Notes: generated by a model not told the origin, from the sequence alone. A stretch of 64,000 bases of DNA from Zetaproteobacteria bacterium (GCA_003696795.1 RFFT01000036.1:5128-69127), one strand, 5' to 3'. Counted from the stretch's first letter, positions 17,796-28,648 are shown. Translations and numbers: made by a program.

Positions 17796-18897
17796 GCTGT
17801 ACCGCGTGGATCGTGCGTCCGCCGTGCCGCACATCCAGCGCATCCAGAGCGGGCATCCCCAACGCCTGTACGCACGCCTGATCCGGCGCAAGCACCAGGC
17901 AACGCCAGCCAGCGAAGGCGTGCGCCAGATGTCTGCCGATTCGCGCATAAAGCGCCCGCGCATCGCCGCCGATGCGCCGACCATAGGGCGGATTCAGCAG
18001 CAGCACCCCCTGCTCACCCTCGCGGTCCAGGGCAAAAAAGTCGCGCTTCTCTATCGATAGCATCTCCTCGACCCCGGCGCAGGCCGCGTTGGCGCGGGTC
18101 CACGCAACCGCCCGCGGATCGAGGTCGCTGGCATGGATCCGCACGCTTGGCTTGCGCCGCATGCGTTCGGCGCGCGCCATCGCCTGCCGCCATCGGCGCA
18201 AGGTAAACCCCGGCCAACCGACGAAAGGGAAACGATGGTTCACCCCGGGCGCGCATTGCGCGGCCATCAGCGCGCCCTCAATGGCCAGCGTGCCCGAGCC
18301 GCACATCGGCACCCACAAGCGCTGCTCCGCACGCCAGTCCAGCCACTGCAGCAAAGCGGCGGCCAATGTCTCACGCAACGGCGCCCTGCCCGGGTATCGG
18401 CGATAGCCGCGTCGATCCAGGCGTTCGCCGGACGCATCCAGGCTCAATTGACAGCGATCATCGTACATGCGCAAATAGACCGTCAGTTCACGCGGGCGCC
18501 CGTCCGTTGCGTCCGCCCGGCGCAAGCGGGCGTGAACCGCATCGCGCAGTACCGCCTGCAACCGACCACTATGCAACAGCCGTGAACGATGACTTTCCGC
18601 GCGCACATGCACCTCGCCATCGCGCCGCACATAATGTTCCCAGCGCAGCCGACGCGCCTTGTTGAACAGCTCGGGAAACGAACACGCGCGAAATTCGGCC
18701 AGACGCACCAACAGCCGAGTGGGCACGCGGGCGCGCAGGCTGATCCGCATCAAGCCCGTGGGACTTACGCGAAACGCAACACCTCCATGCGCCGGGCGGA
18801 GTGTCCTGGCACCGAGCGCGGCGAGTTCGCGTGCCGCAATTGTTTCCAGACCGGGCAGCACCACCGCGAAAACATGCACACCATCGTCCATGCGCAC
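17758..18897 (-). CDS. THUMP-domain class I SAM-dependent RNA methyltransferase (RlmL/YpsC-like)
   Basis: N-terminal THUMP-like region and the methyltransferase motif LLLNPPYGRRIG. Confidence 0.8.
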   Translation of the reverse strand: MRMDDGVHVFAVVLPGLETIAARELAALGARTLRPAHGGVAFRVSPTGLMRISLRARVPTRLLVRLAEFRACSFPELFNKARRLRWEHYVRRDGEVHVRAESHRSRLLHSGRLQAVLRDAVHARLRRADATDGRPRELTVYLRMYDDRCQLSLDASGERLDRRGYRRYPGRAPLRETLAAALLQWLDWRAEQRLWVPMCGSGTLAIEGALMAAQCAPGVNHRFPFVGWPGFTLRRWRQAMARAERMRRKPSVRIHASDLDPRAVAWTRANAACAGVEEMLSIEKRDFFALDREGEQGVLLLNPPYGRRIGGDARALYARIGRHLAHAFAGWRCLVLAPDQACVQALGMPALDALDVRHGGRTIHAVQLIPGAPVAAAGA

Positions 18898-18978
18898 AGC
18901 CTAGCATGCGGGCACGCGCATTGCTTTTCTCCGCCCACCGCCTAGCCTTGCAGCAATGTTTTCGCGCAAGGAATCATC

Positions 18979-20379
18979 ATGCCGATCAATCTGCAACCGC
19001 TGACCATCTCCGGCAAGGAAGTCCTCCCTTTGATCGAGGGCGGCAAGGGCATCGCCGTTTCGACCGGTCAGTGTTCGGGTGCCTGGGCCGCAGCCGGTGG
19101 CGTTGGCACGTTCTCGGCCGTCAACGCCGACCGTGTCGATGAACATGGCAACATCGTCCGCACCGTGTTCCACGGGCGCACACGCAAGGAGCGCTTCGAG
19201 GAACTGATTACGCAGGCCATCGCAGGCGGCATCGCGCAGGCAAGAATCGCGCATGAGATCGCCGGCGGCGAAGGGCGTATCCATATGAACGTGCTGTGGG
19301 AAATGGGGGGTGCGGAACGCGTGCTGGAAGGCGTGATGCAGGGCGCCAAGGGGCTGATCCACGGCATCACCTGCGGTGCCGGCATGCCCTTCCGCCTGGC
19401 ACCGCTGGCCGCGAAATATCAGGTCTATTATTACCCGATCGTGTCTTCCGCGCGCGCCTTCCGCGCGCTGTGGCTGCGTTCCTATCGCAAAGTGCCCGAA
19501 TGGCTGGGCGGTGTGGTCTATGAGGATCCCTGGCTGGCCGGCGGCCATAATGGCCTGTCCAACTCGGAAAATCCCGACGCACCCGAACCTCCATACCCGC
19601 GCGTGGCCATGCTGCGCAAGACGATGAACGAGTTCGGCCTGGATCGGGTGCCGATCATCATGGCCGGCGGCGTGTGGTGGCTGAGCGAGTGGACGGACTG
19701 GCTGGACAATCCGGAAATCGGCCCGATCGCGTTCCAGTTCGGCACGCGCCCGCTGCTTACGCGCGAGAGTCCGATTTCGGATGCCTGGAAACAGCGGCTG
19801 CTGCGCCTGAAAAAGGGCGACGTACGGCTGAATCCGTTTTCGCCCACCGGCTTCTATTCATCGGCCGTATACAACGACTTCCTGCATGAGCTGTATACGC
19901 GGGCGGACACGGAAATGGCGTTCGTCGACCATCCCGCGGGCGACCACACCGAACCGTTCAGCTTTGGCGTGCGCAACAAGACCGTGTACCTCACCCGGCA
20001 CGACAAGAAGCGTGCGCTGGCCTACATCGCCGAGGGCCGAGCCAAGGCGCTGCCGACGCCGGACTCCACGCTGATTTTCGTCAGCGAGGAAAAAGCGCGC
20101 GAAATCCGCCAGGATCAACTCGATTGCATGGGTTGCCTATCGCAATGCAAATTCTCCAACTGGGCAACCAATGAACGCGGCACCACCGGACGTAAGGCCG
20201 ATCCCCGCAGCTTCTGCATCCAGAAAACGCTGCAGGAAATCGCCCACGGCGCGGATCCCGACAAGCATCTGATGTTCGCCGGCCATGCGGCCTATCGCTT
20301 CGCGCAGGATCCGTTCTACGCCGGCGGCTTCATCCCGACAGTCAAACAGCTCGTGCAACGCATCACCACCGGCTACTAG
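18979..20379 (+). CDS. nitronate monooxygenase / 2-nitropropane dioxygenase-family FMN oxidoreductase (long form)
   Basis: IEGGKGIAVS...GGVGTFSAV and IIMAGGVW resemble NMO-type TIM-barrel flavoproteins. The assignment rests on family resemblance only. Confidence 0.6.
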   Translation: MPINLQPLTISGKEVLPLIEGGKGIAVSTGQCSGAWAAAGGVGTFSAVNADRVDEHGNIVRTVFHGRTRKERFEELITQAIAGGIAQARIAHEIAGGEGRIHMNVLWEMGGAERVLEGVMQGAKGLIHGITCGAGMPFRLAPLAAKYQVYYYPIVSSARAFRALWLRSYRKVPEWLGGVVYEDPWLAGGHNGLSNSENPDAPEPPYPRVAMLRKTMNEFGLDRVPIIMAGGVWWLSEWTDWLDNPEIGPIAFQFGTRPLLTRESPISDAWKQRLLRLKKGDVRLNPFSPTGFYSSAVYNDFLHELYTRADTEMAFVDHPAGDHTEPFSFGVRNKTVYLTRHDKKRALAYIAEGRAKALPTPDSTLIFVSEEKAREIRQDQLDCMGCLSQCKFSNWATNERGTTGRKADPRSFCIQKTLQEIAHGADPDKHLMFAGHAAYRFAQDPFYAGGFIPTVKQLVQRITTGY

Positions 20380-20385
20380 CCGACG

Positions 20386-22338
20386 CTAGGCAAGGCCAAG
20401 ACGCTTGCGCATCGCCGCCATATGCGCCTCGGCCTCTTCCCTCGCCTCCGGCGAGTCGTGATCGCGATCCACCCAGCGCAGCGCGCGCGCATCGATTTCC
20501 GACAAAAAGGGCGACGGCGCGCATTTCTCCACCTGACCATAGCGCCGGCGCTGCCTGGCATGGCTCAAGGTGAGATGAAAACGCGCGCGGGTCATCGCCA
20601 CATACATCAGCCGGCGCTCCTCCTCCATACGCTGCTCCTCCACCGCCTGGCGATGCGGAAACACGCCATCCTCCAGCCCGACCACATAGACATGGTCGAA
20701 CTCCAATCCCTTGGCCGCATGCACGGTCATCAGGCGGACCTGCCCCGTCGGTTCCTCATCCTCGCGCTCGGCCATCAGGAACACCTGTTGCAGAAACGCA
20801 TCCAGTTTGCCTCCCGCCGCGGCATGACGCAGCCACCAACGCCTGAGTTCCCGCAGATTGCCCAGCCGACGTTCCAATTGCCGTTCGTCCTCGGCCTCCC
20901 GTCGCAGCGCGCGCTCCAGACCGCTCTCCTCCAGCAACAGATCGAACGCCTGCTCCGGAGCAAGCCGGGCGAACGCTTGCGCCAGCCGGTCGATCATGGC
21001 ACCGAACGCGCGCAATTGCTCGCCGCGCCGATGCGTCAGTGCATCGTGCTGGCACGCCGCCAGCAGGGAACAGCCATGCGCTTCGGCGAACATGCCTAGT
21101 TCACTCAACGCCCGGTCGCCGATGCCACGACGGGGTCGGGCAATCGCGCGCATGAAGGCCAGATCGTCATCCGGATTTTGGATCAGGCGCATATAGGCCA
21201 GGGCATCCTGAATTTCCGCCCGCTCGAAGAACGACAGCCCGCCACTGACATGGTACGGAATGCGCTGCTCGCGCAACGCCATCTCCAGCGCGCGCGACTG
21301 ATACGACGCGCGGTACAGGACGCAAAACGCATCCCAGCCGGCCTCCGTGGTGGCATGGCGGGCCCGAATATCCCCGGCCACGCGCCTGGCCTCCTCTTCC
21401 GGTGTCGGACAACTCCATACCCGCACCGGCTTGCCCGGTCCGAGGTTCGAGCGCAAGGTTTTGCCCAAGCGCTCTCCGTTGTGCGCAATCAGGGTATTCG
21501 ACGCCTGCAGAATCGCGCCTGTGGAGCGATAGTTCTCCTCCAGCCGAATGACGGTCAAGGAAGGATAGTCGCGCTCCAGTTGGAACAGATTGCGCACCTC
21601 CGCCCCGCGCCAGCCATAGATCGACTGATCGTCATCGCCCACCACCGTCAAGTTGCCGTCCGCGGGCACCAGCAGACGCAACAAGGCGTACTGCACACGG
21701 CTTGAATCCTGATATTCATCGACAAGGAAATGCCGCGCGCGCATGCGCCACAGTGCGCGCACCTCGTCATGGTTCTCAAGCAGACGAATCGGCAATACCA
21801 TCAAATCGTCGAAATCGACCGCATTCATACGCGCAAGCAACGCATCGTAGCGGGCACGGATGTCCGCGACACGATCGGCATCGGCACCCTGCAGCATGCC
21901 GTTTTTCAACAGCGACACCCGCCTGAGCACCTGCTCCACCTGCTCGCTGTCGGCCGGCAGCTTCATCTCGGCCAGCACCGAGCGCATAGCGGATTTTTGC
22001 TCGCTGGTGCCAAACACGCTCAAGTTCGCGCCCCGTTCGACCAACCCCGCATGTTCGCGCACGATGGCCAGTCCCAATGCATGAAACGTGCAGATGCGCA
22101 ATCCGTTGGCCAGGTCACCCAGCCGCGCAGCCAGCCTGTCACGCATCTCGCGCGCCGCCTTGTTGGTGAAGGTCACCGCGGTGATCGCGTCCGGCGGCAC
22201 ATCGCGTTCGATCAGCGCGGCGATACGCTCGGTAATCACCCGTGTCTTGCCCGAACCCGCCCCGGCGAGCACCAGCAACGGGCCACCACGGTGGAACACC
22301 GCGCGATATTGCGCCTCGTTCAGCTTCGCGCCCGACAT
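20386..22338 (-). CDS. rep: ATP-dependent DNA helicase Rep (UvrD/Rep superfamily 1)
   Basis: GAGSGKT, FLVDEYQDS, VGDDDQSIYGWRGA, TVHAAKGLEFDHVYV. A length of about 650 aa fits Rep better than UvrD. Confidence 0.85.
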   Translation of the reverse strand: MSGAKLNEAQYRAVFHRGGPLLVLAGAGSGKTRVITERIAALIERDVPPDAITAVTFTNKAAREMRDRLAARLGDLANGLRICTFHALGLAIVREHAGLVERGANLSVFGTSEQKSAMRSVLAEMKLPADSEQVEQVLRRVSLLKNGMLQGADADRVADIRARYDALLARMNAVDFDDLMVLPIRLLENHDEVRALWRMRARHFLVDEYQDSSRVQYALLRLLVPADGNLTVVGDDDQSIYGWRGAEVRNLFQLERDYPSLTVIRLEENYRSTGAILQASNTLIAHNGERLGKTLRSNLGPGKPVRVWSCPTPEEEARRVAGDIRARHATTEAGWDAFCVLYRASYQSRALEMALREQRIPYHVSGGLSFFERAEIQDALAYMRLIQNPDDDLAFMRAIARPRRGIGDRALSELGMFAEAHGCSLLAACQHDALTHRRGEQLRAFGAMIDRLAQAFARLAPEQAFDLLLEESGLERALRREAEDERQLERRLGNLRELRRWWLRHAAAGGKLDAFLQQVFLMAEREDEEPTGQVRLMTVHAAKGLEFDHVYVVGLEDGVFPHRQAVEEQRMEEERRLMYVAMTRARFHLTLSHARQRRRYGQVEKCAPSPFLSEIDARALRWVDRDHDSPEAREEAEAHMAAMRKRLGLA

Positions 22339-22411
22339 GGCCGCGCAGCCTATGCACGCGCACGACGCGCGCAAGCCTGGCCGAGCCGCGTCGGCACCCT
22401 ATAATTCATCT

Positions 22412-23776
22412 ATGGACATCCCGGCGCATGTGTTTCGCGAGTACGACATCCGAGGTCTGGCCGGCAGCGAACTGGACGAGGATTTCGCCTATCGGCTGGG
22501 CATGGCGTTCGCCGCCTTGCTCGATACCCCGCCCGACACGCCGCTGGTGGTGGGTAGGGATGTGCGCCTTTCCGGCCCCCGCCTGCAACGCGCTGCGATG
22601 CGCGGTCTGCGGGATGCCGGTCGCGATGTGTGCGACATCGGCATTGCCCCCTCGCCGCTCGCCTATTACTGCGTGTTCCAATATCGACTGGCCGGCTGCC
22701 TGCATGTGACCGCCAGCCACAACCCGGCGGCCTACAACGGCTTCAAGATGATGCGTGGCCGCGACAGCCTGCATGGCGCGGAGTTGACACGCCTGCGCGC
22801 GCTGGTCGCGCAAGCGCCGGCATCGACGCACAGGCGGCGCGGTCGCTATACCCAACGGGACTTTAGCGACGCCTATATCGCGCATCTCGCCGCCGACTGT
22901 ACCCTCGACCGCCCCTTGCGGGTGGCCATCGATGCCGGCAACGGGCCATCCGGCCTGATTGCCGCCCGACTGTACCGGCGCCTGGGGTGCCAGGTGGTCG
23001 AACTGTATTGCGAACCGGACGGGCGCTTTCCCCATCATCACCCGGACCCAAGCGTTGCGGAAAACCTGCGCGACCTGGCCGCATGCGTGCGCCGCGAGCG
23101 CTGCGACCTCGGCATTGCGTTCGATGGCGATGGAGACCGCATTGGTGTGGTCGATGAAACGGGTACGGTCATCAGTCCCGACATGCTGCTCCTGGTACTC
23201 GCCCGCGACCTCTTACGCACCCATCCTGGCGCGACGATCATCTCCGAGGTCAAATCCTCCGCGCAACTGTATCGCGGCATCCGGGAGGCGGGTGGCAAAC
23301 CATTGATGTGGCGCACCGGGCATTCGCCGATCAAGGCCAAGATGCGCGAAAGCGGCGCGCTGTTGGCCGGTGAAATGAGCGGGCACATCTTCTTCGCCGA
23401 TCGATATTTCGGCGTTGACGACGCCGTCTATGCGGGCGCACGGCTGATGCAGGTGCTCGCGGCGCAACATGCGCCGCTGTCTTCGCTATTGGCCGATATT
23501 CCGCGCATGTGCGCAACGCCGGAAATTCGGCTGCCATGTCCGGAACCGTTGAAGTTCGAACTCGTGGAACAGGCCATCACGCATTTCCGCGCCCAGGGAT
23601 ATGCGCCCATCACGATCGACGGCATGCGCCTGCACCTGGACGAGGACTGCTGGGGACTGCTGCGCGCCTCGAACACCCAGGACGCGCTTGTGCTGCGCTT
23701 TGAAGCGCCGAATCCGACGCGCCTTGCCGAGGTGCGCCGCCTGATCGAAGACTGGCTGCGACCACGTCTTGCCTAA
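22412..23776 (+). CDS. phosphomannomutase/phosphoglucomutase
   Basis: FREYDIRG, phosphoserine loop VTASHNPAAYNGFK, metal site FDGDGDR, GEMSGH. It is the internal start of ORF 22088..23776. Confidence 0.9.
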   Translation: MDIPAHVFREYDIRGLAGSELDEDFAYRLGMAFAALLDTPPDTPLVVGRDVRLSGPRLQRAAMRGLRDAGRDVCDIGIAPSPLAYYCVFQYRLAGCLHVTASHNPAAYNGFKMMRGRDSLHGAELTRLRALVAQAPASTHRRRGRYTQRDFSDAYIAHLAADCTLDRPLRVAIDAGNGPSGLIAARLYRRLGCQVVELYCEPDGRFPHHHPDPSVAENLRDLAACVRRERCDLGIAFDGDGDRIGVVDETGTVISPDMLLLVLARDLLRTHPGATIISEVKSSAQLYRGIREAGGKPLMWRTGHSPIKAKMRESGALLAGEMSGHIFFADRYFGVDDAVYAGARLMQVLAAQHAPLSSLLADIPRMCATPEIRLPCPEPLKFELVEQAITHFRAQGYAPITIDGMRLHLDEDCWGLLRASNTQDALVLRFEAPNPTRLAEVRRLIEDWLRPRLA

Positions 23777-25785
23777 TCCACCGCCACCCGCTCGGGACGC
23801 CAGAACTGCGCCATACGGGAATCCAGCGCAATCTCGCAATACGCGGCATGCGCCTCACGAATCAAGGCATGATCGGCCACGACATCCACCACGCGAAAAC
23901 CCGCCTCGCCGCTTTGCTGCACCCCCAGCGCATCCCCCGCGCCGCGCATCTCGAGGTCGGCCTCGGCCAGGGCCAGTCCATCATGGCAATCGACCATGGT
24001 GGCCAACCGCCTCCGTCCCGCCTCGCCCAGCGCCTCATCGGTAAGCAGGATGCAATACCCTTGCGCGCTGGCTCGCCCGACACGCCCACGCAACTGATGC
24101 AACTGCGCCAGCCCATAGCGTTCGGCGCGTTCGATCACAATCAAGCGCGCCTCGGGCACATTGACGCCGACCTCGATCACGGTGGTGGCAACCAGCAAGC
24201 GACAATCGCCCTCGGCAAAGGCATGCAACCGTGTCCGCTTGTCCGCGCCCTTCAGGCGCCCGTGCAGCCCCAACACGCCCGCGTCGGGAAAGCGCGCACG
24301 TAACCACGCCACGCGCTGCTCCACCGACACCCCGTCCTCCCGCGCCTCGACATGCGGCACAATCCAGTAAATGCGGCCGCCATCCGCCAGAATACGCCGC
24401 ATCCCGGCCAACAGTGCCGGCATGCGCTCCACGGTTAGCACCCGCGTCTCGACCGGCTTGCGTCCCGGCGGCATGCCGCGCATCAGACTCAGATCCATAT
24501 CGCCGTACAACGCGAGCGCCAGCGAGCGCGGAATTGGCGTCGCCGTCATCGCCAACAGATGCACCGCGTCCGCATGACCGGCATGGGGATGCTCGGCCAA
24601 CGCCCAGCGTTGCCGCACACCAAACCGATGCTGTTCATCGACGATGGCCAGTCCCAAACGATGAAAGTGCACGTCCTCGCGCAACAACGCATGGGTTCCG
24701 ACCACGCAGGCGATCCGCCCCTCGGCCAAATCGCGCAGCAGCCGTCTGCGCTCCGCCGTGCGCATACCACCGGTCAGCAAGGCCGGCGCGCAACCCAGCG
24801 GCGCAAGCAGCGCACGGAGCCCCGCCGCATGCTGCGCGGCCAGCACCTCGGTCGGCGCCAACAGCGCGCCCTGCCAACCGTTGTCATGCGCATGCGCCAA
24901 CGCCAAGGCCGCAATCCATGTCTTCCCCGCGCCGACGTCCCCCTGCAACAGGCGATGCATGCGCCGACCGGTGTATAGGTCCGCCTTGATCTCGCGCCAG
25001 GCGCCGGCTTGCGCGTCGGTCAAAGGATGCGGCAAACTGGCGATGAGTCTCGCAGCAAGCGTATCATGCCGCATCGCCGGTGCCGGCTTGCGTGCCGCCT
25101 GACGCTTGCGCCGTATCAGCGTCAGATAGACCCAGATTTCCTCCAGCTTGATGCGCGTAAGACAAGCCCGCCTGTCGGTTGCGATATCCGGCGCATGGAT
25201 GCCCCGCAACGCCTGCGCCAGGGACAATGGCGAAAACCGCGCCAGCTGCGCATCCAGCGGCGAACTTGCCTCCAGCGGCAGGCGGGCAAGCAACCAGCCG
25301 ATCCACCCTGCCAGCCGACGACTGGAAAAGCCGGCCAACGCCGAATACAGGGGCGTGATCCCGGGTGTGAAGCGATCAAGGGGCAGCCATTCGGGATGAC
25401 TCATCCGCCATTGCCCCCGCCACAACTCCGCCCGCCCGCGCACGGTGAGTCTTTGCCCGGGCGCAAGCCGCGCATCCCGCAGCAGATAGGGGGAGTGGAA
25501 AAAGCTCAGCACGATTTCGCCCGTCTCGTCCGCAAGCCGCACCAGCACCCGCATCCGCCGCCCCTGTCCCTCGGCGCGTCGCGCAAGCACCCGACCGCCA
25601 ACACGCGCCTCCTCGCCGGGACGCAACGCCGCAACCGGCGTAAGCGTCCGATCATCGCGATAACCCTTCGGCAAGTGCAGCAGAAGATCGCCCGCCGTCT
25701 TCATGCCCTGCGCCTGGAGCCGACGTTCGGCCGCAGCCCCGATACCCTCCACCCAGCCAAGCGGGCGCAGCAGATAGTCATACAT
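23773..25785 (-). CDS. recG: ATP-dependent DNA helicase RecG
   Basis: N-terminal wedge region, GDVGAGKT, VDEQHRFG, MTATPIPRS, LHGRLK. The start was chosen at MYDYLLRPL. Confidence 0.92.
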   Translation of the reverse strand: MYDYLLRPLGWVEGIGAAAERRLQAQGMKTAGDLLLHLPKGYRDDRTLTPVAALRPGEEARVGGRVLARRAEGQGRRMRVLVRLADETGEIVLSFFHSPYLLRDARLAPGQRLTVRGRAELWRGQWRMSHPEWLPLDRFTPGITPLYSALAGFSSRRLAGWIGWLLARLPLEASSPLDAQLARFSPLSLAQALRGIHAPDIATDRRACLTRIKLEEIWVYLTLIRRKRQAARKPAPAMRHDTLAARLIASLPHPLTDAQAGAWREIKADLYTGRRMHRLLQGDVGAGKTWIAALALAHAHDNGWQGALLAPTEVLAAQHAAGLRALLAPLGCAPALLTGGMRTAERRRLLRDLAEGRIACVVGTHALLREDVHFHRLGLAIVDEQHRFGVRQRWALAEHPHAGHADAVHLLAMTATPIPRSLALALYGDMDLSLMRGMPPGRKPVETRVLTVERMPALLAGMRRILADGGRIYWIVPHVEAREDGVSVEQRVAWLRARFPDAGVLGLHGRLKGADKRTRLHAFAEGDCRLLVATTVIEVGVNVPEARLIVIERAERYGLAQLHQLRGRVGRASAQGYCILLTDEALGEAGRRRLATMVDCHDGLALAEADLEMRGAGDALGVQQSGEAGFRVVDVVADHALIREAHAAYCEIALDSRMAQFWRPERVAVD

Positions 25786-25839
25786 GGCGCAATGTTGACA
25801 CGTCGCGCGGGCCGAACACAAACGCGCCGCACTTTTTGC

Positions 25840-25868
25840 TTGTCTGTGCACCGCCGTTGGCCTAAAGT
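25840..25868 (+). promoter_or_regulatory. candidate sigma70-type promoter for rpmB
   Basis: TTGTCT-N17-TAAAGT lies 27 nt upstream of the ATG. GGAGG (25883-25887) sits 8 nt before the start codon. Confidence 0.3.
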
Positions 25869-25895
25869 GCGCCCCCGATTTTGGAGGTGTCACTC

Positions 25896-26087
25896 ATGGC
25901 CAAACGTTGCGAAATCTGTGGAAAGGGTCCGATGACCGGCAACAACGTCAGTCACGCCCACAATACCAGCCGCCGTCGTTTCCTGCCGAATCTCAAGCAG
26001 GTGCGCGCAATCGTCGGCGGCCGGGTGAGCCGCATCAAGGTTTGTACCCGGTGTCTGCGTTCGGGCAAGGTCGTCAAGGCGGCCTGA
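25896..26087 (+). CDS. rpmB: 50S ribosomal protein L28 (short, about 63 aa form)
   Basis: [37 protein letters not shown]... A good Shine-Dalgarno sequence precedes it. Confidence 0.9.
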   Translation: MAKRCEICGKGPMTGNNVSHAHNTSRRRFLPNLKQVRAIVGGRVSRIKVCTRCLRSGKVVKAA

Positions 26088-26111
26088 TCCGACCGTCATT
26101 CAGCCAGTTAC

Positions 26112-26136
26112 GGGGCGCCGCACGGCGCCCCTTTTT
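26112..26136. terminator. hairpin terminator between convergent rpmB and ridA
   Basis: GGGGCGCC-gcac-GGCGCCCC followed by TTTTT on the plus strand. It abuts the ridA stop. Confidence 0.55.
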
Positions 26137-26525
26137 CATGCCTTGGGCACACGCGCGACCACCTCGATCTCAACCTTGGCCCCAAGCGGCAACGCGGCCA
26201 CGGCCACGGTTGCGCGCGCGGGACGATGGGCACCAAGCCATTCGGCATACAAGCCGTTGACCTCGGAAAAATCGTCCATGTCGGTCAGAAAAATCGTCGC
26301 CTTCACAATATCCTGCTCCGAGCACCCCGCCTCGGCAAGCACGGCGGACAGGTTGCGCATCGCTTGGCGCGCCTGCGCGGCCACATCCACCCCCGCCAGT
26401 CGCCCCGTTTCGGGTATCAGTCCGATCTGCCCCGAGGCATAGAGCATCCCGTCGCATACCATGGCCTGGCTGTATGGTCCCACGGCCCTGGGTGCCGCCT
26501 CGCTGTGAATCGCTTTCATCGTCAT
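26136..26525 (-). CDS. ridA: RidA/YjgF-family reactive-intermediate deaminase
   Basis: APRAVGPYSQA...ASGQIG...and the C-terminal ATVAVAALPLGAKVEIE. Its start overlaps the spoT stop (ATGA). Confidence 0.9.
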   Translation of the reverse strand: MTMKAIHSEAAPRAVGPYSQAMVCDGMLYASGQIGLIPETGRLAGVDVAAQARQAMRNLSAVLAEAGCSEQDIVKATIFLTDMDDFSEVNGLYAEWLGAHRPARATVAVAALPLGAKVEIEVVARVPKA

Positions 26526-28648
26526 GATTCCTCCTCGCTATGTTTGCGCGCACCGAAAATGCCGCGCAATGTTTCTCCGATCCCCCGGGCCATCCCCTTG
26601 AGTCCCACGCGATTGCGCCGCTCCACGCGCACCACACCGGGCACCCGCTTGAGCGCACGCAACAGCTCGGCCAGTTGCCGCCGGTCCTCGACGCTGACCA
26701 GAAACAGCAGTTCGGTCATCGCGCCGGCCCGCTGATGCAGTTGCAGATCCTCGATGCTCGATCGCCCCTCCGCGATACACTGGGACACGCGTGCCAGCAT
26801 ACCGCGCTCGTTGCGCGTCAGCACGCGGATGCCGGTCAGGAACGTCTTGCCCGGTTCCGGCAGCCAGTGGACCTCGATCCAGTCCTTGTCGTCACCACGC
26901 ACCTCGGGACATTTGCGATGGTGCAACACCATGCCGCGTCCGGTGACGAATTGGCCCAGCACCGGATCGCCGGGAATCGGATGGCAGCATTCGGCCGCAT
27001 GCATCAAGGTCCGCTCCATACCCCGCATCTTGAAGCGTCGCATACCGCGGTCGCTCGCCGCCTCGAGCAGGGCATGCACCGGAATGTCGCCGCGCCCGAG
27101 CTTCTCGAGCAAGGCCTGTTCATCGGCACAGCCAAAATGACGGCACAATTCGGGGCTGGCATGCTCGCGCCCCAGCGCCTCGCGCAGAAACTTGCGCCCG
27201 ATACGTCGGCTGACTTCCCGCTCCTGACGGCGAAACCAAGCGCGAATGGCCTGCCGCGCGCGGGGGGTACGCACATATTGCAACCATTGCCGGCTCGGCG
27301 TCTGATCCGGACTGACCATCACCTCGATCTGATCGCCATTGCGCAGCCGCTGCTGGAAGTCGGCCATCTCCCCATTGATACGCACGCCGATGCAATGATT
27401 GCCCACATCGGTGTGCACCGCATAAGCGAAATCCAGCGGCGTGGCGCCGCGCGGCAATGCGAAGATGTCGCCGTCGCGGCTGAACACGTACACCTCCTGC
27501 ACGAACAGGTCGAGGCGCACATCCTCGAGAAACTCAGATGGGTCCTCGCTCTGCTGAATCAGTTCGGTGAGATGCTTGAGCCATTTGAAGCTTTCGCGAT
27601 CGCGCGCGTCGGCATCGTCGCTCTTGTACAGCCAGTGCGCGGCCACGCCGTCCTCCGCGTAGCTATGCATCGCCTCGGTGCGGATCTGCACCTCGATGCG
27701 AAAATTCTCCGGCCCGATCACCGCCGTGTGCAACGATTGGTAGCCGTTCGGCTTCGGCAGCGCGATATAGTCCTTGAAGCGTCCGGGCACCGGGCGATAC
27801 AGTCCATGCACCAGCCCCAGCGCCTTGTAGCAGGACGGGATGTCGGCAACGATGACGCGAAACGCGACCAGGTCATAAATCTCATCGAAATTGACATGCT
27901 TGCGCTGCATCTTCTGATGAATGCTGTACAGGTGCTTCATCCGCCCCTGCACACGCGCCTCCATGCCGTTGCGCTTGAGCGCCTCCTGAATAATGCCTTC
28001 CAGGTGCTTGCGCGTGCGACCCAGCTCCTCGATCCGGTCGGCCATCTTTTCAACCAAGCGTTGGTAGGCCTCGGGCTCGGTATGCGCAAAGGCCAGGTCC
28101 TCCATCTCCTGCTTGATCCAGTGCATGCCCAAACGATGGGCCAGCGGAGAATAGATCTGCAGCGTTTCCTCCGCGATGCGCCGACGCTTGGCTTCCGGCA
28201 GAAAGCTCAAGGTGCGCATATTGTGCAGCCGGTCCGCCAGCTTGATGATCAACACACGCACATCGCGCGCCGTGGCCAGCAACATCTTGCGGAAGTTTTC
28301 CGCCTGCTTGTGTTCCGAGGAATGAAAGCGAATCTGGCCGACCTTGGTCACCCCGTCGACCAACCGGGCCACCTCCGCACCAAAGCGGGACTCGATGTCC
28401 TCGAGCGTGACATCGGTGTCCTCCACCGTATCGTGCAGGATCGCAGCCACGATGCTCGCCTCGTCCATGCGGATCGAAGCCAATATATCGGCCACCGCCA
28501 GCGGATGCACAATGTAGGGCTCGCCGGACGAGCGAAACTGTCCGGCATGGGCGTGGGCCGCAAAGACATAGGCGCGATTGATCCGTTCGATGTCCATGCG
28601 CGGCGCATAGCTGCGCACACGCTCGGTGATTTCGTAGATTCGGCTCAC
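26522..28648 (-). CDS. spoT: bifunctional (p)ppGpp synthetase/hydrolase
   Basis: HD domain (HPLAVA...LHDTVEDT), RelA/SpoT synthetase domain (YRSLHT-like GYQSLHTAV), TGS and a C-terminal ACT-like domain. Confidence 0.93.
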   Translation of the reverse strand: MSRIYEITERVRSYAPRMDIERINRAYVFAAHAHAGQFRSSGEPYIVHPLAVADILASIRMDEASIVAAILHDTVEDTDVTLEDIESRFGAEVARLVDGVTKVGQIRFHSSEHKQAENFRKMLLATARDVRVLIIKLADRLHNMRTLSFLPEAKRRRIAEETLQIYSPLAHRLGMHWIKQEMEDLAFAHTEPEAYQRLVEKMADRIEELGRTRKHLEGIIQEALKRNGMEARVQGRMKHLYSIHQKMQRKHVNFDEIYDLVAFRVIVADIPSCYKALGLVHGLYRPVPGRFKDYIALPKPNGYQSLHTAVIGPENFRIEVQIRTEAMHSYAEDGVAAHWLYKSDDADARDRESFKWLKHLTELIQQSEDPSEFLEDVRLDLFVQEVYVFSRDGDIFALPRGATPLDFAYAVHTDVGNHCIGVRINGEMADFQQRLRNGDQIEVMVSPDQTPSRQWLQYVRTPRARQAIRAWFRRQEREVSRRIGRKFLREALGREHASPELCRHFGCADEQALLEKLGRGDIPVHALLEAASDRGMRRFKMRGMERTLMHAAECCHPIPGDPVLGQFVTGRGMVLHHRKCPEVRGDDKDWIEVHWLPEPGKTFLTGIRVLTRNERGMLARVSQCIAEGRSSIEDLQLHQRAGAMTELLFLVSVEDRRQLAELLRALKRVPGVVRVERRNRVGLKGMARGIGETLRGIFGARKHSEEES

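Noticed and set aside
25896-26087. rpmB stands alone without rpmG and is short, so it could be a paralogue or Zn-independent variant.
   Set aside because: Forms of L28 around 63 aa are common. A good promoter-like element, a Shine-Dalgarno sequence and a terminator frame it as a normal monocistronic gene. Nothing in the window supports a paralogue-switch story, and settling it would need the whole genome.
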